The notes under the pieces: model-generated
Seen by the model: only the letters and a program-made list of their open reading frames with translations
The model's database searches: none
What the model was told of the DNA's origin: nothing
IMG/VR virus record: IMGVR_UViG_3300046171_000193
Span: 87,682-151,681 of that record
DNA length: 64,000 nt
Source of the DNA: a virus
Direction: 5' to 3' (one strand)
In this document: positions 56,915-64,000 of the stretch, one piece after another
Layout of the letters: each line of letters starts with the position of its first letter
Position numbering within the stretch: the stretch's first letter is position 1
Program-made: the position numbers and the translations under genes

Positions 56915-57128
56915 ATAGATGATTGAGGATATACAGGACCCCGGGGCGGTACCGGGCGCCTCCACCAAAAGCACAGTTAGATAAGTGTGTTTTTATGGGG
57001 GCGAAATAGGAATCGACTGGTATTTGAGTCTATAAATCACAAATGCAAACAATAATTTTGCACCTTCTAATTACGCCTTAGCGGCATAATTAAGGGGGCG
57101 GCCACTGCCTAGCAACAGAAGTGTGGCG
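56915..57128 (+). ncRNA. ssrA: two-piece (circularly permuted) tmRNA of alphaproteobacterial type; tag ANNNFAPSNYALAA
   Basis: Acceptor piece: T-arm CCCGG-ggcggta-CCGGG, then CGCCTCC-A-CCA (ends 56967). Hairpin intervening segment. Coding piece starts GGGGGCG (56997), giving G3-U70. Tag ORF 57045-57089. Outer boundaries approximate. Confidence 0.93.
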
Positions 57129-57152
57129 TTTTAACTAATCAAGGGGACAACT

Positions 57153-57386
57153 ATGGAAATCTTAAACAAAGTAAAAGCCTGGGCTGGAGGACTAGCTGAG
57201 GTTGGTCTTAGTTTAGCAGCTCTAGCGATTATACTTGAAATCTTAGGCCTACGTAATATGCCATTTATGCCAGCAAATATGAGCGTGGTTGACAATGTCA
57301 CTGATATGGTATCAGCTATAGGATCTCAAGGTGTAATAGGTTTGATCGCTGTTTGGATTCTATATGAAATCTGGAATCGTAAATAA
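57153..57386 (+). CDS. small two-TM membrane protein
   Basis: Hydrophobic segments; AGGGG RBS. Confidence 0.65.
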   Translation: MEILNKVKAWAGGLAEVGLSLAALAIILEILGLRNMPFMPANMSVVDNVTDMVSAIGSQGVIGLIAVWILYEIWNRK

Positions 57387-57398
57387 AAGGAACGAATA

Positions 57399-57764
57399 AT
57401 GAAATATGCTGCTTTAACAGCTGCTGCTCTACTAACAGCAACATCCATCCAAGCTGCCGAGATTGGTGCCACTGGCATTTCAATCGGTGCTTCTGCAACA
57501 TCTGAATATAACGTTGATGCAGAAAACATGACACTAGAAGTTACTCCTTCAATGGGCTATGAGCTCTGGGGAACAGATCTAAGTGTATCTACTGATCTTA
57601 TGATTTACAACGATGAGTTTGTATTCATGGACGTTAATCCAACAATTGATTTCAAAGTTGGATACGGCATCTGGGATAATGCAGAAGTCTATGTAGAGAC
57701 TGGTTATGATTTAGAAATGGAAGATATGTCAGACGTTGTAGTCGGCGCAACTTTCTCATTCTAA
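57399..57764 (+). CDS. small outer-membrane beta-barrel-like protein
   Basis: Signal peptide, alternating beta pattern, C-terminal VVVGATFSF (terminal Phe BAM signal). Confidence 0.65.
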   Translation: MKYAALTAAALLTATSIQAAEIGATGISIGASATSEYNVDAENMTLEVTPSMGYELWGTDLSVSTDLMIYNDEFVFMDVNPTIDFKVGYGIWDNAEVYVETGYDLEMEDMSDVVVGATFSF

Positions 57765-57772
57765 TATAAATA
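57765..57772 (+). promoter_or_regulatory. late promoter TATAAATA
   Basis: Exact motif directly after the stop codon. Confidence 0.55.
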
Positions 57773-57795
57773 GTGTCACGACTTAAATAGTGCGC

Positions 57796-57820
57796 GGGGG
57801 CCATGGTTAGCCCCCATTTT
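57796..57820 (+). terminator. GC stem-loop, probable terminator
   Basis: GGGGGC-catggtta-GCCCCC-atttt. Confidence 0.55.
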
Positions 57821-57838
57821 CTATGGATATATAGTACT

Positions 57839-58480
57839 ATGGAATTAGTTTACGCAATAATATTAGGTATACTTTGGAGTCAAGTGATTTCTCACTGGGG
57901 CGCTAGCATACTTTTACATAGACATTATTGTCATAATCAATTTAAAGTACCGGTATGGTTTGAAACTATTGGTTTGGCCATGCTAATGATTGCGTGTATC
58001 AGAACACCAATCGGTTGGATTGCATCACACAGAATGCATCATCAACATTCAGATACAGAAGACGATCCTCATGCCGCAGAGCATGTAGGTTATTGGAAAG
58101 TATTGTTTACTACATGGGATATTCCTAATATACCATCTAAATACGCTAGAGATCTATATAAAAATCCTAGATTAGTTTTTTGCCATAAACATTGGCTAAA
58201 AATATTAATCGTTGTTAATGTCATTAGTTTTATTATTAGTCCTTATTTCTGGATAGCATTTTGCGCAGTACCGTTTGTATTTGCAAAGATAGGATTCGGA
58301 TTGCTAAATACTGTAGGACATAAAGAAGAAGGTGGAGCAAACGTTCCTTGGTTAAATTTTTTTATAGCAGGTGAAGGTTATCATAAAAATCACCATGATA
58401 ATTGGAAAAGAGTAAGGCTGCATAAATACGATACCGCTGGATGGATTGCTGAAAAATTATTTAAAAATGAAAAAGCATGA
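57839..58480 (+). CDS. membrane fatty acid desaturase (delta-9-like)
   Basis: Three His boxes HRHYCH, HRMHH(...DPH), GEGYHKNHH. Confidence 0.9.
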   Translation: MELVYAIILGILWSQVISHWGASILLHRHYCHNQFKVPVWFETIGLAMLMIACIRTPIGWIASHRMHHQHSDTEDDPHAAEHVGYWKVLFTTWDIPNIPSKYARDLYKNPRLVFCHKHWLKILIVVNVISFIISPYFWIAFCAVPFVFAKIGFGLLNTVGHKEEGGANVPWLNFFIAGEGYHKNHHDNWKRVRLHKYDTAGWIAEKLFKNEKA

Positions 58481-59087
58481 ATTACCCACAATAGCAAACT
58501 TTAATCTAAATATTGATTTAAAAGATTTGCAATACGAAGCGCATAAGCTTTACGAAAAATTTACTGATGTACGAACTGCTAATCCAATGTTATGTGACAA
58601 TCATATGGAATTAGTTAAGAACGTATACGATAACTTTGAACAGATTAATCTAACGGAGCCAAGCGAAATACTTCCATATACGGAAAGTATTAAAGAACGG
58701 CTTAAGCGTAGGGAAGAGCATTTATATAATGTTCCAACTGAAGATTATACTAATAGTTATTTTGAAAAGATTGTCACACAACTTAAATCGCCAGCCAGTA
58801 GAGTTCGAATAACCAAATTGGCACCAGGCAAAACAATTCCGTTCCATGTTGATTATGATGTATCGTATGCGGTAAGATGCATATGTCCAATCTATGGTGG
58901 TAAGAATGTTATAAATCTCTTTAGAAGAGACGGTAAACTTGAAGCATATAATTTAGAAGACGGAAATGCATACTTTCTGAATATAGGTTACCCTCATGCA
59001 GTTGTGAACATGAGTGATGCACCTAGGATTGCATTGATGTTTAGTTTGGATGGAACAGATGACCTTACAGATCTCAGATTACGCTGA
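58467..59087 (+). CDS. Asp/Asn beta-hydroxylase-like 2OG-Fe(II) dioxygenase
   Basis: RVRITKLAPG...FHVD...PHAVVN...RIALM. Confidence 0.75.
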   Translation: MKKHELPTIANFNLNIDLKDLQYEAHKLYEKFTDVRTANPMLCDNHMELVKNVYDNFEQINLTEPSEILPYTESIKERLKRREEHLYNVPTEDYTNSYFEKIVTQLKSPASRVRITKLAPGKTIPFHVDYDVSYAVRCICPIYGGKNVINLFRRDGKLEAYNLEDGNAYFLNIGYPHAVVNMSDAPRIALMFSLDGTDDLTDLRLR

Positions 59088-59844
59088 TGGACAATTAAGA
59101 CAACTTTGCACAGATGTTCAGTTTTATGGCTGGCAAATAATGCATGAGCAAGATCTTAACGAAAGCCAACTAGCAGATTTATTTAAACGAATAGGAGACT
59201 GTGAAACTCCTGATCTGTTTATGAATCATAAAGAAAATCCAGAAATATTTAACGTCTCAGGTGAACGTGATAGTGCCGGCAAGAAGATTGGAATGTTTGG
59301 GGATGGAGAGCTGGGTTGGCATTCTAATGGAAACAGTAGACACCTTATTGATAAAATTCTAATCGGATTATATTGTGTTAAAGGTGACGTCAACACTACG
59401 TTAAGTGTTTGTAATACATCAAAGCCATTTTTAGATATGTCTGAAGATGAACAAGAGTATTATCGTAGCATAAAAATTAAGTTAAAATTTAAAAATCATA
59501 CCATGTATAGTTTAGACGAAGATGATCCTGAGCTTGAGTTCATGAGTAAGAACAAAGGTAGTATTAGGCCATTAGTTGGCCAGCATCCACATACTAACGC
59601 CGATTATTTTTACTTTCCATACCATTTTATTTGTGGAGCATGGGAAGGTAAGAAGAAAGTAGATCACGAACCAATCATTGAAAAACTTATGCCAAAAATA
59701 TTTAAAAGTAAGTATATGATCCATCATATATTTCAAGAAGGTGATTTGTTATTAATGGATCAATTCACTTCCTTACATAGAAGAACACCAGTAATGGGAC
59801 CTAGATTATTATGGAGAGTAGCGAGTGATTACTCAAAAATTTAG
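59059..59844 (+). CDS. TauD/TfdA-family dioxygenase (H-x-N variant)
   Basis: GMFGDGELGWHSNG, GLYC, RPLVGQHP, GDLLLMDQFTSLHRR, RLLWR. Confidence 0.75.
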   Translation: MTLQISDYADGQLRQLCTDVQFYGWQIMHEQDLNESQLADLFKRIGDCETPDLFMNHKENPEIFNVSGERDSAGKKIGMFGDGELGWHSNGNSRHLIDKILIGLYCVKGDVNTTLSVCNTSKPFLDMSEDEQEYYRSIKIKLKFKNHTMYSLDEDDPELEFMSKNKGSIRPLVGQHPHTNADYFYFPYHFICGAWEGKKKVDHEPIIEKLMPKIFKSKYMIHHIFQEGDLLLMDQFTSLHRRTPVMGPRLLWRVASDYSKI

Positions 59845-60724
59845 GAACTATCCTTACGTGGATGTCCCCTGTCATTTTGAAGTAGCAAAGGTATTTGACA
59901 ATCAAAAAGTATCAGATACTTATTTTGCTAGAGGTAGAGGTGAGGCAATCGCAAACTTAGAAGAGACTGAAGCAATGCATAGAGAATGGGTTAGCTCTAT
60001 GATTGACTTATCAGACTTTCTATATTGTTATGCCACTCATGGTACTACCGATGCAATACATCATTGGGTTATGACAGAAAACCGCGGTTCACAAGTTATG
60101 TGCTATGGAGAGTATGAATATTCAAGTATGATTGGATTACCTCGTACTGTTACTTGTGATGTGCCGGGACAGTACATGGAGAATGGCAGATCGGCTATAC
60201 CTGGTATTGCATTGCCTGACGTGCCATTGTTTGTATCAATTCCCTCTGCGGCTGATGGAAATATATTTAATCCTGGCTTTGAGAATTGGAAAGTAAAACC
60301 ACCAGTCATATTAGACTGCACGTACGTAGGTTCTACTAAGATTGAAAAAATAAACGTACCATCTACAACAGAACAAGTGTTTTTTAGTTTCTCTAAGGGC
60401 TTTGGCGCAATAGGTCAACGCTTAGGTTTGGTATACACTAAAAAGCCACATGCTAGTTTACATAGATTAAAAAAATATGAGAACTGGAACTATGGATCTG
60501 TTATGACAATGAAATTGCTTATGGAGACATTTACAGTAGATGAAATGTGGAATACATATAGTGGTAGACAGCTAGAAATTTGTAAAGAATATGGGTTTAA
60601 GCCGTCGAGTGTTTACTATCTAGCTACTACAAAAGATGAATATTATAAAAAAAGACGAAGAATGAAATGGAATGATGATGCAAGAATATGTCTAACGCCG
60701 TTGTTTGAAGAGAGAATAAGATGA
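59825..60724 (+). CDS. PLP-dependent aminotransferase-like (fold type I) protein
   Basis: GTTDAI, ILDCTY, FSFSKGFGAIGQRLG (PLP Lys motif). Confidence 0.65.
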   Translation: MITQKFRNYPYVDVPCHFEVAKVFDNQKVSDTYFARGRGEAIANLEETEAMHREWVSSMIDLSDFLYCYATHGTTDAIHHWVMTENRGSQVMCYGEYEYSSMIGLPRTVTCDVPGQYMENGRSAIPGIALPDVPLFVSIPSAADGNIFNPGFENWKVKPPVILDCTYVGSTKIEKINVPSTTEQVFFSFSKGFGAIGQRLGLVYTKKPHASLHRLKKYENWNYGSVMTMKLLMETFTVDEMWNTYSGRQLEICKEYGFKPSSVYYLATTKDEYYKKRRRMKWNDDARICLTPLFEERIR

Positions 60725-61599
60725 AACAAATATTAGATTACACACATGAAGATTTTGCAGAGCTTGTAACTAAAATAGTTGATAAGGGTTCAGCTGTACT
60801 TTATGATCAGAAGTTAACCCGCCAAGAACTAGCAGCGGTTTGTGCTAAAATGGGTAAAGTCGAAGAACTAGATTATTTTATGAATCCAAAAGATAGTCCT
60901 CAGATTAGCATTGTATCCGGTAAAGTAATTGATGGTAAAGCTATAGGAATGTTTGGACCTACTGAACTTGAATGGCATGCAAACGGTACTGGTCGATATG
61001 ACTTTGATGAGGTTTGCGTAGGATTGTATTGTCAAACGGAATGCATTGATACAGTACTATCTCTCGTAGATCAGCGAGCAAGCTTTGCAGAATTATCTGA
61101 AGAAGATAAAGAATATTTTCGCAGCATTGATATTAATTTAAATAATTCTGGACCTCGTGCAAGAATCTGGCGAGATGACGGCGTATATTCAAAGGCTTAT
61201 AAAAGTCAAGGCGAGGCAAGCTTTCGTATAGGGCAAGAACATTACAAAGAAACTATTGATAGACGTCCATTAGTAGCAAAACATCCTGTAGATGGAACAG
61301 AATACTTTTATCCTATGTTTATCTATTTGTATAAAGCATGGGTGAATGATGTAGAAATGACACAAGAAGAATTTGACAAGTTTTTTGACAGGCTAAATAG
61401 TATTGTTACTCGCTCAAAATATATGGTTCATCATGTATTTAGGGAAGGCGACTTATTGTTCATGGATCAGTTAATTACAAGTCATCGTAGAAGTGCTGTT
61501 AAAAATAAAGACAGACAGCTTTGGAGAACAGCTTTTGATTATAGTGTTGCAGTTAAAGATTATACACCGGTAAGATTTGATGAATCAAAACGCGATTGA
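60721..61599 (+). CDS. TauD/TfdA-family dioxygenase paralogue (H-x-N variant)
   Basis: GMFGPTELEWHANG, GLYC, RPLVAKHP, GDLLFMDQLITSHRR, RQLWR. Confidence 0.75.
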   Translation: MKQILDYTHEDFAELVTKIVDKGSAVLYDQKLTRQELAAVCAKMGKVEELDYFMNPKDSPQISIVSGKVIDGKAIGMFGPTELEWHANGTGRYDFDEVCVGLYCQTECIDTVLSLVDQRASFAELSEEDKEYFRSIDINLNNSGPRARIWRDDGVYSKAYKSQGEASFRIGQEHYKETIDRRPLVAKHPVDGTEYFYPMFIYLYKAWVNDVEMTQEEFDKFFDRLNSIVTRSKYMVHHVFREGDLLFMDQLITSHRRSAVKNKDRQLWRTAFDYSVAVKDYTPVRFDESKRD

Positions 61600-62254
61600 T
61601 GTTCCCTGGCCTAAAATACATAAGTTAGATAATTTAGTAAAGGATAGTACTGAAAAGGTTAATGTTCCTTTACAAGAAAATTATTCTATGGAGGACATGT
61701 GGTATTTAGATACGCCTGAAGCATATCCTTTATTTGAAAAACAGGCTAGAATAATCACAGAACGCAAATACAAAAACATCTTAGATGTCGGTTGTAGACA
61801 TGGTCCAGTAAATAAAATACTACATGAAGACTTTGATTATATTAATTATTCTTATTTCGGTTTTGATACTTCAGAAGAACCCATTGAACTCGCAAATGAA
61901 ACATGGAAATATTATGAGCATATAAAATACGAATGTGCTAGTTGGGAAAATAATATAGATGTAGGATTTACTCCAGACGTTATTATATTCAGCGGAGTGC
62001 TATTATATATTAAGGATGATAGTGATCGCTCTAATTTCTTTGATGAGATTATGTTAAAAAACAACTGCGTCAATGCCATAATTCAAGAACCATATCATGA
62101 ACAAAGATATTGGGATGATAGACTTATTCTAAACACAATAACAAATGGCGGATTAGATTTTCTCAACGAGGAGTATAATGTAGATAAACATTACTTAGAC
62201 CTTCCTGTATTTGCTGGAAAGAGAATGATATACGATGTCACTTATAAGTCTTAG
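61577..62254 (+). CDS. class I SAM-dependent methyltransferase
   Basis: ILDVGCRHG, GFDTS, DVIIFSGVLLY. Confidence 0.85.
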   Translation: MMNQNAIDVPWPKIHKLDNLVKDSTEKVNVPLQENYSMEDMWYLDTPEAYPLFEKQARIITERKYKNILDVGCRHGPVNKILHEDFDYINYSYFGFDTSEEPIELANETWKYYEHIKYECASWENNIDVGFTPDVIIFSGVLLYIKDDSDRSNFFDEIMLKNNCVNAIIQEPYHEQRYWDDRLILNTITNGGLDFLNEEYNVDKHYLDLPVFAGKRMIYDVTYKS

Positions 62255-62828
62255 TACCAGCTCATCGGAAAATGCTTTAAACTATAGAGGATTGTTAGTT
62301 TTAAATGAGCTAGTAGATTTAGGAACTATAGATGGACTACACAATTATAATCTCCCAGTAATTAATGTAAATGGCATAGACGAGAAAATACCTGACGAAG
62401 TAAATAGACTTATAGATTATATGCATACCTTTGATCAGTTTATATTCACAGTACCAGAATTTACCGGTATGATGAGCGCGTCTACAAAAAATTTATTAGA
62501 TTGGTTAGTGGTTGCAACTAATATGAATTTAGATCATGGCAAAGGTTATCCGTTTAGTGATAAGCATACAATGATATTTACTTTTACTCCAAGTGGTTCA
62601 GAAGGTGGCGGTAGACACATGCCACAAACCAAAGATATATTTAAGAAGTTAGGCGCTAACGTAATTCATACAGAAGTGTTTAATTACGGATGGGAAACGG
62701 TAGTTCCTGGAAATACTGAACCGTTTAAAGATGCTGCTGATAGAATAAATAATTATTTAAACTATAAACCAGATCAATCACAGGCTTTTAAACAAAAATA
62801 TAATGAATGGAATGATAAGTGGAATTAA
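62235..62828 (+). CDS. NADPH-dependent FMN reductase (flavodoxin fold)
   Basis: STSSSENALN, VPEFTGMMSASTKNLLDW. Confidence 0.85.
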   Translation: MSLISLSTSSSENALNYRGLLVLNELVDLGTIDGLHNYNLPVINVNGIDEKIPDEVNRLIDYMHTFDQFIFTVPEFTGMMSASTKNLLDWLVVATNMNLDHGKGYPFSDKHTMIFTFTPSGSEGGGRHMPQTKDIFKKLGANVIHTEVFNYGWETVVPGNTEPFKDAADRINNYLNYKPDQSQAFKQKYNEWNDKWN

Positions 62829-63220
62829 ATAACAAAGGGCTTTACATATTAAAAAATGGTGATTATGTGCCATATAATATACCACAAGATAAAGTAATAC
62901 TATGCGGAGTACCAGGAGCATTTACACCAGGATGTAATAAACACCTACCAGGCTTTGCAAATAATTTAGATAAATTAGACGCTAAGGTAGTATTTGTTGC
63001 GGTAAACGATCCGAGCGTTATGCACGAATGGAATGTGTTATTTGGTCATCCTGATATTGATGCTGTAGCAGATCCGCTGGCAGTGTTTACTAAAAATATT
63101 AATAAAGATATTGACTTCGGAGACTATATGGGCATTAGATGCAAAAGATATGCTATGCTTATACAAGATGGAGTATTTGTAAAAGAATACGAAAACCCGT
63201 TTATTGAAGGTGTACTATGA
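62819..63220 (+). CDS. peroxiredoxin (Prx5/redoxin family)
   Basis: GVPGAFTPGCNKHLPGF, AVNDPSVM, RCKRYAM. Confidence 0.88.
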   Translation: MELNNKGLYILKNGDYVPYNIPQDKVILCGVPGAFTPGCNKHLPGFANNLDKLDAKVVFVAVNDPSVMHEWNVLFGHPDIDAVADPLAVFTKNINKDIDFGDYMGIRCKRYAMLIQDGVFVKEYENPFIEGVL

Positions 63221-63882
63221 TACCAGGAATTGCAGAGTACGTAGACGTTAATCCACAACACGAATTATTACTTAGTTTGTATGATAAAGTAAGGGGCGTA
63301 CGTGCAGGAGAAGATTTTAATACATTTGGCAAAACTCCGTTCGAAAGTTATTCATTAGAGTATAGTATGACTGGTAAAGATACTGGATACGAACAAGTTT
63401 ACGATCCAATATTATCTCTTCATAGAAAAGTGCATCCACATTATCAGTTTAGATCAACTGGATTTAACACTGCAGATAGTACAGAGAAAGATGTATTCCC
63501 TCATACAGACATAGATCAGAACAGAGAACACAGTCAAGGGTATAATATTATCTACCCCGTACTTGGTGCAAGCCGCTTGGATTATTATGAAACATTAGAA
63601 GATGAAATATGTTTACCTGAAAAGAACGCTCAAGGATATTATTACTATCACGAATTTAAAGCTCAAGCAGAGATGGGACAGGGTACACCTGAGTTTGAAA
63701 AATTCTTAGCTGACCGTAAGATAGGTGAAATTATTATCGACAAACCATGTCTTATTGACACCGAGACAATGCATAGGGTTGTTATCACTGAAGCACCTAG
63801 ATGCGCATTTGTAACAAGATGGAATAATATACCTCCTATTGATTTTCATTCTTTTAAAGAAAGAGTTGAATCGATATTATGA
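63217..63882 (+). CDS. putative double-stranded beta-helix Fe dioxygenase
   Basis: PHTD...NIIYP...PCLIDTETMHRV...R pattern. Confidence 0.55.
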   Translation: MIPGIAEYVDVNPQHELLLSLYDKVRGVRAGEDFNTFGKTPFESYSLEYSMTGKDTGYEQVYDPILSLHRKVHPHYQFRSTGFNTADSTEKDVFPHTDIDQNREHSQGYNIIYPVLGASRLDYYETLEDEICLPEKNAQGYYYYHEFKAQAEMGQGTPEFEKFLADRKIGEIIIDKPCLIDTETMHRVVITEAPRCAFVTRWNNIPPIDFHSFKERVESIL

Positions 63883-64000
63883 GAATAGTAAGCTTGCATG
63901 AAGAACCTAACTTGTGTATGGCTGCGATACAAAAAGCAGAAGAAGAAAGTAAAGGCGACAGATTAGCTAATAACTATACTAAGAATAAATTAAATTTAGA
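63879..64000 (+). CDS. hypothetical protein, truncated by window end
   Basis: ATGA overlap; open to the end of the window. Confidence 0.5.
   Translation, partial: MRIVSLHEEPNLCMAAIQKAEEESKGDRLANNYTKNKLNL

Noticed and set aside
56936-56967. Stand-alone tRNA gene
   Set aside because: T-arm and CCA are present but there is no anticodon arm; it is the acceptor piece of the permuted tmRNA.
137-60321. Numerous short antisense or alternate-frame ORFs in the track (e.g. 21411-21875, 55362-55850, 18334-18651)
   Set aside because: Fully overlap well-supported conserved genes and lack RBS or recognisable motifs; shadow ORFs.
1-64000. Stop-codon reassignment
   Set aside because: Most long genes are intact in code 11, TGA/TAA/TAG all end genes at expected positions, and the breaks are frame changes rather than in-frame stops.
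1-64000. CRISPR array, homing endonucleases, inteins, transposases
   Set aside because: No regularly spaced repeats seen; gp17, gp41, gp43 and uvsX are normal length with no intein or HNH/GIY-YIG motifs recognised.

Overview
A 64 kb segment of a large, AT-rich T4-like (myovirus) bacteriophage genome, most likely infecting a marine alphaproteobacterium. The host inference rests on a two-piece tmRNA, a DUF1127 protein, a ROSE-like element, pseudoazurin, an aa3 oxidase subunit IV-like peptide and pcyX. Layout: (1) 1-12.5 kb accessory island with Cys-rich proteins, an ADP-heptose/glycosyltransferase/carbamoyltransferase module and heme oxygenase-pcyX; (2) 12.6-25 kb conserved virion module gp13-gp23 and gp3; (3) 25-42 kb recombination/replication genes (uvsY, uvsW, gp55, gp47/46, gp45, gp44/62, regA, gp43) interrupted by a late-promoter stress/respiration cassette; (4) 42-51 kb DNA-modification locus in which a T4 gp42-type dCMP hydroxymethylase sits with KDO/uronate sugar genes and with amino acid:DNA transferase/PLP genes of the type known from thymidine hypermodification; (5) uvsX, gp41, thyX, cell wall hydrolase and a circularly permuted tmRNA; (6) 57.8-64 kb biosynthetic-cluster-like run of desaturase, four Fe-dioxygenase-type proteins, PLP enzyme, methyltransferase, flavin reductase and peroxiredoxin. 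Many essential genes carry single-base indels, almost certainly long-read consensus errors. The strongest candidates for undescribed biology are the cytosine hypermodification locus and the terminal biosynthetic-like cluster. All family calls come from motif recognition by eye; no database search was run.
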